From the NCBI GenBank assembly GCA_010909165.1, contig MU008223.1:120131-184130 (forward strand): a DNA stretch of 64,000 nucleotides, given 5' to 3'. Both the position numbers and the translations under genes were made by a program. Position 1 is the first letter of the stretch, and every line of letters begins with the position of its first letter. The notes under the pieces are model-generated. The model made no database searches. It saw nothing but the letters and a program-made list of their open reading frames with translations, and had not been told where the DNA came from. Below are positions 36,164-46,732 of this stretch, piece by piece. The DNA is from Anthoceros angustus (taxonomy: Eukaryota; Plantae; Anthocerotophyta).

Positions 36164-39100
36164 CATCTATCCAAGAGAGAGTTATGTTCCCTATGAGATC
36201 CATGAATTTGCCCTTTGTGTGCCCATAGATTGGTGCTTCTAAATGATGTTTATCCATCCCAAACATCCCATCGATGAACTAAGTAAATCTATTCCTTCAA
36301 TGTTTACGTAATACTAATTTGTGAAGGAATTTTTATTGATTTTATTTATTATTTACCCTTTATTATTTTCTTACTAATATGGTTGTTTTCCTTGATTTTG
36401 AGATAAATTTTAATTCAAGATAGTCTAATATGTATGCAGGTTTTATTTGTCTTTTTGGATAATAAACTTGGAAGCGTGATGTTTACAAGTATCTTTCATA
36501 TGTTTTGTTTTTGACCTTAGAGAGTATCTAACCCATAAAAATGCACCATTAGACTCTTGATAACTATGGAGTGAATAGAATATGAATATGCTTGCCTTTT
36601 TCCAACTGGCTATCACCTTTTAATGGTAGAAGGACATAGTGCCTTACCCACTTGGGCATATTATAATTAACACCTCATATGGGCCATGTGTACATTTATG
36701 ACCTCGGACCTTGTTTCACTTTTAATATATACTACTAGGCTATAAATGAGGGATCGACCTATGTGCATGTTTGTTAAAGATGGGTTGATTCCTTGTGGGT
36801 TATCATTGGTAGGAATGGCTGCCCAATAGGATTATATAACTTGTGAGCGTGGTTGGATAGAATTTGCTACCCAATGAAATCCCTTCCTCCAAACTTTGGT
36901 TGGGGTTCCTCCCTTCCTCTCCTATGCTTAGCCTCTACCTTTGATGATTGTCATTCTCTCTATTGCCCCCGCCTCTATTTGCGTGATCACCTTACTTAGT
37001 ACCTTGGTCTCTTTGTCGCGTTGCCTCCCCAAGCTAGCCATGGCTACCAAGGTTGAACCTTTTCTCCTCTCTTCTACTTCACTATGCAACCTTAGAATTA
37101 GTGGATGTGCAATGGATCCCGTCTCACCAAGGATCCGAACGGGCCGATGATCCCTTTTGGTTGAAGAAGGAAGGGGAGGTGTTGACCAACACCATCTCTG
37201 CATCCAAGAAGCTAGACCTTGATTTGGTCATCCGGTCTAGTCTTCTAAACCTCAAGTTGTTTTTCGGTATGATCTAGAAGCATGGATAGATGACTCAATG
37301 ACCGCTAGGGTTTGTGTCTTACTGATTCAAAATACCGGTTTGATCAACACAAGATACTTCGTGCCCCAGTGGACGTGGCTATGAATGTGTTGTTCGTGCT
37401 GCAATTTTTGTCTGGATGCCTCGTATTGGATGCATGTCGGAATCGTCATCCTTTGGGATCGACTCAAGGTCGCTTAGGTGAAGCATCCACCGCATCTTGC
37501 GAGGTTTGACCGCATTGGGAGTTGATGTTTGATACATGTAGCAAGGAATGACGGTGGTGGGAGGACAACGAGTGTTGAATGAGAAAATAGGTGGTTGTGC
37601 TTTTGGACGATCCCGAGCACAAGATTGCATGTGAATGGCTTCAAGATAGCATGCGATAGATATTGTGCTACCGGATGCTCGCTTAAGCTTGCACGGGATG
37701 TCGATCTAGTTTTGCATATCGCGTTACCACGGTTGGATGTACCGCTTGACCGCATGTAAGATTGCATCGAATATTGGGAGTCCACGAGGACAAGGGCCTC
37801 TTTGGACGCGCTTTTGATCGGAGTTGACGATTGCTGGTTTTGCCCTCGCCGCCATCGCTCATGGATTGCTAGGAATCATTATCTCGGTTGAGGGTTCCAC
37901 TGCGGGCTGCCGTGCTTGGAGTGGCGCGCGCAGTGGTGCCGCAGCGACACTGCTGGTTTTGCTTCCACGATGGTTTTCGTTAATCGCTGGAAATTGATGT
38001 CGTGCGGTGCATAGCACGACGTACATTGGTGGGTCTGGATATGCGTGGGTGGATCCAGACGGGGTTGTACGTCGATCTAAAACGTGAACGGATGACCATG
38101 CCAAAGAATTTGCTTGGTGACCGTCTCACGGAGGTGTGTCCGACGCCCAGTGAGGATCGACTATGGGCAAGAAAAAAGGTCGGGGCCGGGGGCTGATTAG
38201 TCTGGCCGCCTCTTTTGACGCGATTTTGACGGGTTGGAGGATTCTTGGTTTTTTCGCTCCACGCCATCGCTCATGGATTGCTTGGGAATGATGACCATAT
38301 GGTTTGACGGTTCGCTGTGGCGCCATGCTTGGAGCCATACAAGTGGCGCAAGCGGTGAGACGACCCGATGGTTTTGCTACCACGGTGGATGTTCAGTTGC
38401 CGGAATTGGTGTCTGTGGTGATTAGCATGACGCTGCTGGTGGATGCCGGATGGGCGGATGGGTGGATCAGACGGGGTTGTCGATCTAAAACTTGATCGGG
38501 ATATGCGCGCCAATCCTTTGTCACAACCCGGGATCGGTGATGTGGCGGGCGCCACCGCACGTGGATGGCTTGTGATGGCGGCGTGCGGCTGGAGAGAAAA
38601 CGATGGCAATACAACGCGCCGCTTGCTTTGCGAGAATGCATGAGGATGGTGATTGAGATTGGTGCAACTTGATGAGAAAATGATGTAATGTCGTAAGGAA
38701 GTGTGTGATCCGACCGGTGAGCGACTTGGAGAGAAAAAGAGTGAGTACTGCCTATTGGTGACAATGATACTGTGGGTGTGTGATGATGGAGATCACGCGA
38801 CAATGGACGACGCTTGTTTGCCGTAAGGATGTGTATGAAATTAAGACGGCCGAGACTAGTGAGCGACCAAAAACGATGCTCATCAAGTGGATGGTTTTGC
38901 TTTGCCGCACAATGAGGTATGTAATGGTTGAGACTCATGAGCCCGGAGAAAACGATGTGTGGATGCACGTTGTATACTTCTGCAAGGATGCATGTGGGTG
39001 TTTGATGATTGAGAGGCGAACGGCCTAGAGAAAACAATGCAAGCAATGATGCACACCTCGCCGTAAGGATGCATGTGGGTTTGTGATATTGAGGCCGCCA

Positions 39101-39634
39101 GCTTGGAGAGAAAACGAGATGCTATAGATGCACACTACCCTCAAGGATGCTTATAAAGGTTTTGATAACTTACGGTGACATACCAACCATGGACCACAAA
39201 TGGTGAATCGTTTCTTACGCTACTTTGACAACCATAAATTAATGGTGACATGCATGATTTTTCTCTCTCATGAGTGATGTTCCTATTTGCCTGTTGATCC
39301 TGGCTAGCATGCTGAAAAATGGAAGAGTGCTTATAGACATCTTGGTTCACTTCTCTCGATTCGTATGCCTAACTACTTACCAACCTGGCCGACGGGAAAT
39401 TGCGACACATTGCATGCCTTTACACAATCATCCGTGTGCATGCTACAAATGTGATATACTCATACCAAGGAGGGTCTATCGGATCTCTCACACATGGGGT
39501 TGCTGAATTAGGAGACCTATGGTGAACGGAAAATCCTTCCACAGGATTCTGGATTTTAAAATATATCTCTAAGCAGCTTTGCTTGAAATGACTGGCTAGG
39601 TCATGCAAGCATTTATGCGATGTAGTCTAGGAAA
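36164..39634 (+). repeat. Array unit 4 (alpha subtype), followed by the empty junction TCTATCTATC (39635-39644)
   Basis: GTAGTCTAGGAAA-TCTATCTATC-CATCTATCCAAG at 39622-39656. Confidence 0.9.
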
Positions 39635-39644
39635 TCTATCTATC

Positions 39645-42600
39645 CATCTATCCAAGAGAGAGTTATGTTCCTATGAGATCCATGAATTTGCCCTTTGTGT
39701 GCCCATAGATTGGTGCTTCTAAATGATGTTTATCCATCCCAAACATCCCATCGATGAACTAAGTAAATCTATTCCTTCAATGTTTACGTAATACTAATTT
39801 GTGAAGGAATTTTTATTGATTTTATTTTTACCCTTTATTATTTTCTTACTAATATGGTTGTTTTCCTTGATTTTGAGATAAATTTTAATTCAAGATAGTC
39901 TAATATGTATGGGTTTTATTTGTCTTTTTGGATAATAAACTTGGAAGCGTGATGTTTGCATTCTTTATAAGTATCTTTCATATGTTTTGTTTTTGACCTT
40001 AGAGAGGTGTCTAACCCATAAAAATGCACCATTAGACTCTTGATAACTATGGAGTGAATAGAATATGAATATGCTTTTTCCAAATGGCTATCACCTTTTA
40101 TTGGTAGAAGGACATAGTGCCTTACCCACTTGGGCATATTAACACCTCATATGGGCCATGTGTACATTTATGACCTCGGACCTTGTTTCACTTTTAATAT
40201 ATACTACTAGGCTATAAATGAGGGATCGACCTATGTGCATGTTTGTTAAAGATGGGTTGATTCCTTGTGGGTTATCATTGGTAGGAATGGCTGCCCAATA
40301 GGATTATATAACTTGAGCCGTTGGTTGGATAGAATTTGCTACCCAATGAAATCCTTCCCTCCAAACTTTGGTTGGGGTTCCTCCCTTCCTCCTATGCTTA
40401 GCCTCTACCTTTGATGATTGTCATTCTCTCTATTGCTCCGCCCTCTATTTGCGTGATCACCTTACTTAGTACCTTGGTCTCTTTGTCGCGTTGCCTCCCC
40501 AAGCTAGCCATGGCTACCAAGGTTGAACCTTTTCTCCTCTCTACTTCACTATGCAACCTTAGAATTAGTGGATGTGCAATGGATCCCGTCTCACCAAGGA
40601 TCTAAACGGGCCGATGATCCCTTTTGGTGGTGAAGGGAAGGGGAGGTGTTGACCAACACCATCTTTGTTCATCAAGAAGCTAGACCTTGATTTGGTCATC
40701 CATGGTCTAGTCTTCTAAACTTCAAAGTTTTGTTTTCTCATGATCTAGAAGCGGATAGATGACTCAATGGTTGCTAGGGTTTATGTCTTACGGCTTCCAA
40801 ATACCCGGGTCTGATCAACACAAGATACTTCGTGATCCGGCCGACGTGTGGCTATGAATGTGTTGTTCGCGCTACATTTTCCGTCTGATGCCTCGTATTG
40901 GATGCATGTCTGGAATTGTCATCCGTTGGGATACCGACTCAAGGGCCCGCTTAGGTTGAATGACGTAAAATAGGTGGTATGTTATCGCTTCATTTAGCGT
41001 TCCTGGGCACAAGATTACATATGAATGGTTTATAGGATAGCATACGGTGACGACCGCAGATGGACATTATGCTACCGGATGATCGCTTATGCTTGGGACG
41101 TAACCTAGTTTTGCGTAACACGCTACCACGGTGGGATGTGCTCGTTAAACCGCATCGGGATCACACTAGAAAATCGGGAACCCAAAGCAAGGGCCTCTGC
41201 GGACGCTTTTTGATCGGACGGGTTGGGCGATTGATGGTTTTGCTCGCCCCGATGCCATCGCTCATGGTTTGCTTACGTGAAACGGCGACCATCTAGTTTG
41301 AGGGTTACATTGCTGCGAATGCATGGAGCCATACAAATGGCGCCGCAAGCGCGTGCCGCAGCACTGATGGTTTTACCACCGCGGGCTTGCGCTTGATTGC
41401 GGAAAATTGAGTGTGATGCGTATACATGTGCTACCGGGTGGGTGCTAGATTGCTCATTGCATTGTGAGACCGAGGTCGATGTTTGACACAGGAAGCAAGG
41501 AATGACGGTGGCGGTGAGGAGAACGACGTCGTGACAAGCGCAGTTGAATGACGTAAACCGGATGGTATCAGTCTGCTTGGAATCACTTGACGCTGGACAC
41601 AAGATTGCATGAGAATGGTGATAGGATGCATGTGACGACTGCAGATGGGCATAGTGCTTAGATGATTGCTTGAGCTTGGGTGACGTCGACCTAGTTTAGC
41701 ATAACGCGTTGCGACACGTTGGATGTGCCCTGTTGACTCGTCACAGGGATCACACCGGAAAATTGGGAGTCCGTCAAGGCAAGGGCCTTTTTGACAAGCT
41801 TCAGGACGGTTGGGCGACATTAGTTTTGTCTGCCTCGCTGCCATCACTCACGGATTGCTTGTTGGGAACGATGACCATCCGGCTCGGCGGTTTTGTCGGC
41901 TCGCCTTGCTTGGAACCATGCAAATGACCGCAAGCGCGCCCGACGCCCGATGTTTTGCTACCACGATGCGACCGCCGATCAGAAATTGGTGTCGCGTGGT
42001 GATAGCGCGACGTGCTGCAACGGATGATGGATGCTGGATATGCAGACTAGATAGATCCGGGTTGTCAATCTAAAGCATGACCGGGATGGCCATACGACTG
42101 CCAGTTTTTTTTGTCACAACCGGCTAGGATCTGGTGATGCTGCGTGTCTTCTGTGCATCACTCAACATGCTTCTGTCACCTGGACCTGGATTCCCACGGC
42201 CTGGAGCTGTAGTTTGCTTGATGAACCATCTCACAGGGGGGTATTCTGACGCCTCCAGACTAAGGATCGACTTTGAGCAACCAATAAAGAGGCTCGGGGC
42301 TGAGGGCTGACTGAATATCTGCTCGCGATGCTGGTTCTGGGGATTGATGACCCCGACGTTTGCTCACTGCGAGAATGCATGATGGTCTACAGTGGTAATG
42401 ACCGGTGTGCAATCTGAAGAAAAAATGATACAAGTAGTGGACGCATGCTGTTTGTTGCAAGGAAGTGTGTGATATCTTAGACTCCTGAGCGACTTGGAGA
42501 GAAAACGAGGCAGGCAGTGGGTGCACGCTGTTTCTTAGTTGCAATGATACATATGGGTGTGTGATGTGGGAGACTAAGATGCAGACAGCGGACGTACGCT

Positions 42601-43322
42601 GGTGGTTTGCTGCAATGATGTATGTGAGTTTGTGGCGGCTGAGACTGAAAAAAACGATGCTCATCAAATGGATGCACACTGTTTGCCTGCTATTCGGTGT
42701 TCGCTGAAGGCAAGGGCCTCTTTTGAATGCGCTTTCCGATCGGATGAGTGGGACGATTTCCGTTTTTGCTGCTCCCTGCTGCCATCGCTCATGGATTGCT
42801 TGCTGGGAATGATGAACATCTGGCTTGAGGGTTCTGGCTTTGCCAATACATACATAGTGGCACCGAAGCGTGCACAGCGCTGACGCTTTTGCTACCACGG
42901 TGGTTTTTTTTGTGCTGATTGCTAGAAAATGGTGCTATGAGGTGCTATATGGTGCATAGCACCCAGCGCTATGGCTGGTGGACGCTGGATTTGCACTGGG
43001 TGGATCAAGACGCCGTCAATCCAAAGACCGTTTACTTCTTGGTTGATTCAGATAGGACGTCTAACTATGTACCAAGTGGGCGGGAATAGCGGACACCGCA
43101 TGCCTTCACGAGTCGGTGTGTGCATACAAATGTGATATTTTGGCACCAAGGAGGGCTGGGCATATCTGGATCTCTCACATAGGGGCGCTTATGGAATAAG
43201 AGACCTATGGTCTGGACTTCTGAAAATCCTTCCATGGGATTCTGGACTTTAACATCTATCTCTAAACATCAGCTTTGCTTGAAATGACCTGACCATGTCA
43301 GGCAGCTTGCATTTATGCGATG
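39645..43322 (+). repeat. Array unit 5 (beta subtype), ending ~11 nt short of the usual TCTA junction
   Basis: ...GCATTTATGCGATG joins directly to CTGGTGGAGG (the accessory ORF) instead of TAGTCTAGGAAATCTA. Confidence 0.88.
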
Positions 43323-44221
43323 CTGGTGGAGGAAGCAGAGGAGCTAGTGGAGCAATGGCACTTGGATATCTTCAGGGCGGTCTGGACGTTTGACAGCGTC
43401 GCTCTCGTCCGAGAGTATGCCAGGAAGATGCTGGCAGTCACCAACAAGGAGGTTCGCTCCAAGAGCCTGAGGAAGGACCCCAGGAGGTGGACCGTGGAGG
43501 TCCTGAGGGCGGTTTACAACCGCTCGGGGGAAGAAATTGGGGGCGTAGTCCCGGAGCCCCTCAAGGTGAGAGGGAAGGTGGGGGCGGCGAAGGCGGCAAT
43601 GCTGAGGCCAGGGACGCAACGGTCGTCCAACGGCTGGTTGATGTCGGACCTGCTGGACAGGCGGGTGAGGGCAGTGGCCAAGGTCATTGTCCACTGGAAC
43701 ATGCTCACCAAGGTGGATCACCTTGGTGACAACCTTTTGGTGTTCCTGCACGCCCTACAGCGAGGGAAAAGGGCCGATTGGGGGCGATCATCTTCGCCCG
43801 AATCAACCAAGAGGCCAGGAAGCTACGGAGTGAGAAGCCGCCTCCGTCAGCACTATCGCCCTTCCTCATCCATGTATGGGGACACCTCAACCTTCTGAAG
43901 GAGGGAGAGGAGGAGCGGGCGCTCCGGAAAGGGCTGGCGGCCTACCAGAGACGCAGCGTGAAGGAGCGAAGGCGCCAGAGGCAGAGGTCCGGCCTCCTAA
44001 GGCCAAACAGGCCCGGGAGGAAGACGATTGGGAAGGGATTCCGGATTCCATTCGGCTGGAACGGACCCCCTCGCCACCTCAGGAGGTATGGGAGGATATT
44101 CCTGCCTCCCTTCTTTGGTCCCAGTGAGCTCCTGCTTGGACGGAGTACCCAGGGGATATGGCGCTGGCGGCGCCCGCCAGCTAGCAACCCACCACGGCCC
44201 GGCGTGAGCCTCACGGACTAG
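43320..44221 (+). pseudogene. Best-preserved copy of the recurrent retroelement accessory ORF, with one frameshift near 43780
   Basis: The 192-aa and 147-aa overlapping ORFs join into ...KDPRRWTVEVLRAVY...SNGWLMSDLLDRRVRAVAKVI...GKRADWGAIIFARINQEARKLRSEKPPPSALSPFLIHVW... Confidence 0.7.
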
Positions 44222-44568
44222 GAGAGTCGACAAGAGGCGGAAGACGGCTCCCACCAATGAAGCGCCAAGGCGCGCGCAGTTCCTCGCCTACCCACGGAGT
44301 GCGGGAGGCGGAGGCGTAGAAGGGCGGAGGCGGGGCCCGCCCAAAGCGCGGGTCAGCACAGCGGCAACCACACCCAGAGCGATCCTGTCTGCGGTGGGCA
44401 AACAACGCCCGACTCAGGACCCCTCACCACCTCCGAGCCCAAAGCAGGCGGGCGGAGAAGGAGTTAAGCGGCCAAAGCAGGCCAAGGAGGTGGAAGGACG
44501 GACCAGGCACTCGGGACGAGGTCTGATCGGTCCGGAGAACCAAGTTCGGACTCCCTCGGGACCCGATC

Positions 44569-44758
44569 TGTATTATATATATCATGCATTCGCCTAAGAC
44601 ACTTAGGCTAGAAAGCATAACACACAAAAGAGTATGTATTAATGAACAAAGAATATCTTAAATACAAAATTGATATGTCTCTTGAGTTACGTATCTAACC
44701 TCTAGTATAGAAACTAGGGTATAAACTATGTTAGGGTTTCATTTCTAACACTCCCACT
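44569..44758 (-). mobile_element. Probable Copia 3' LTR (44569-44750) with polypurine tract
   Basis: The minus strand reads AGTGGGAG-TGTTAG...TAATACA, giving TG..CA ends after a Copia-like PPT. Confidence 0.5.
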
Positions 44759-45228
44759 AAACCAACATGGTTTATACAACCATAGGTTTGAACTTATAAT
44801 CATTGTATACCATTACGCCCCAGCTACTCTCAGTGATGTAGCGTATTCCCAGCGTACACCACATGGAGCTCCTGACAGTCTTCCTTATATGCTGCGCTGG
44901 CTATCTGTTCAGCAGATTGATTACGCGCACAAACCTAAAGATGAAGACACGCTCTAGAGCCTCACACAGCGCAAGCCCTGCTCGGAGTCCTCGACACACC
45001 AACATGAAGAGAGCTAGCGATCTTGGGAGTGGGACACGCGGATGGTGCGACACGCAAACTGCAAGTAGGCGGGTGACAGGCGCCCTCCCAGCGCCCTCCG
45101 GTGAGGCCTGCCGGCTCAATTTTCAGTGGAATCCTCGAGTCATGACCAACATCGCATCGCCAACACCACCAATGACTTAGAGCTTCCTCGTCATCAAGCC
45201 GGAGCTGGAGGAAGAGCTCCCACTGCAC

Positions 45229-45660
45229 TTATGCTAGAGTACTCACAAAGGCCTCATCAAAGTCTTCAGCACAATTGCTTTGAGGTCTTGCTTTCTTGTC
45301 CCTTTGTTTCTTGAAATAGTTCCTCGCAATGTATCCAACCTTGCCACAGTAGTTGCAGGTTATGTTGGACCTTCTATATCCTCCTACAGATTGAGGATGA
45401 CCTTTCCCTAGCTTGATGGAGCTTGGGTGTTCTTCCTGAGGCTTCTTGGCCACAAAAGCTGATTCCTCAGGTATCTTCCCCTTTTCCCTTCGTTTTGTCT
45501 CTTCATGTAAGAGTCTGCTCACAAGAATCTCAAAAGTCAAAGTCTATATTCTTGACTCCAAAGGCATGCTATTCATACACATGTCTTTCGTGGATAACAT
45601 GATTAAATTCCAAAGATCATGAATGACAGCCATGATTGCTACTATATGAATGGCTTCTGC
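45229..45660 (-). pseudogene. Copia gag remnant with degenerate zinc knuckle
   Basis: LTFEILVSRLLHEETKR...ITCNYCGKVGYIARNYF. It lies only ~0.5 kb from the PPT/LTR, so pol is deleted. Confidence 0.75.
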
Positions 45661-45714
45661 AAGATGGGGCTCCATGTCAAGATGGGGCTCCATGTCAAGA
45701 TGGGGCTCCATGTC
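45661..45714 (+). repeat. 18-bp tandem repeat x3
   Basis: AAGATGGGGCTCCATGTC, three perfect copies. Confidence 0.95.
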
Positions 45715-45980
45715 AAAGGTCTTTCACGAAACACGCTATGGGTGGAAAGTCCATGAGGTTGCCCGTGAGCTCAACGCCAATGCGGCCGGCCGGCCTACCC
45801 ATGGGCTACAAGTAATGTAGAGGAAAATAAAAGATAAAATTTTGAAATAAAATAAATTCACCGGGCCCGGGGCGCTTTCTGCGGGCCGGGTCGGGTGACA
45901 TGGGAAACGGCCCTAAATAAACCACACCGTCATACGTCTCACTTCATGGCATTAGTGATATAATTCCTAACACTGTTTAT

Positions 45981-46061
45981 TGAGGGAGGGAGGAGGAATG
46001 GTAACGATGAGGGAGGGAGGAGGAATGGTGACGATGAGGGAGGGAGGAGGAATGGTGACGA
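45981..46061 (+). repeat. 27-bp purine-rich tandem repeat x3
   Basis: TGAGGGAGGGAGGAGGAATGGT(A/G)ACGA, three copies. Confidence 0.95.
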
Positions 46062-46732
46062 TGTCTTCTGCCTGCTACGTGAGGAGAACTCATCTGGCAG
46101 GCAGAAGACATCGTAGGAGATATTTCTCGATACACGGCTGTCGATATGGCATGATTAATTCAAATTTTCTTCCTCTTCCACGTCTGCCCTACTCCCTCTC
46201 AGACAGTTGTCGATGTGGCATGATTAAACATCTGCCCTCCTCCCTCTCACATGGTTGTCAATGTGGCATGGTTGGCTGCCCGCCTTTCTCCGTATCCGGT
46301 GCTAAGGAAGGCGAATTCGACTGTAAGGGAAGACGATCCCACAAAGAAAAGCGGGAGGCTTTCCTCACGACGCCGTCGTCTACTCTCATGAAAACTTCTG
46401 GATATAGAAAAGACGTCAACAAGAAAAGCAGACATTTGTACCAGAGGACAACCCTGTTACAACTGCTTCCGTGCAAAGGTTTTCAGTCGCTGTACATCTC
46501 ACTTCTAGTAATCTCCTTCACCACATCCAGTTCCAGACGTTCGATCTGAAGGGATCCATTCCAAAGGGTTCGCTATTCTACAATTATGATCCATCGTATA
46601 ACCTAATTTACACAATGGCTCACAAAAATGGAGGACATCTCATACTTAGCATGTGCTAGAACTCATGTGTGGCGTCGAAAAACCATCTCACCCGGAGAAG
46701 ACACTGTTTGAAAGCCCAGAAAGTCACCGCTG

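Larger units (their letters stand above)
17252..43322 (+). repeat. ~26 kb composite head-to-tail array: alpha-(TCTA)long-beta-PLE-alpha-PLE-alpha-(TCTA)short-beta
   Basis: Shared landmarks: CATAAAAATGCACCATTAGACTC at ~17252, 21830, 29119, 36535 and 40018; ...GCATTTATGCGATG at ~20325, 24800, 32220, 39610 and 43310; CATCTATCCAAGAGAGAG at 21449, 28752, 36164 and 39645. Confidence 0.95.

Noticed and set aside
44725-44745. Isolated TTAGGGTTT/CCCTAA-like words as telomeric repeats
   Set aside because: They are single occurrences with no tandem TTTAGGG array anywhere in the window.
45661-46061. Short direct repeats as a CRISPR array (also 59581-59725 and 8404-8468)
   Set aside because: The repeats are contiguous with no unique spacers, there are no cas genes, and the context is eukaryotic.
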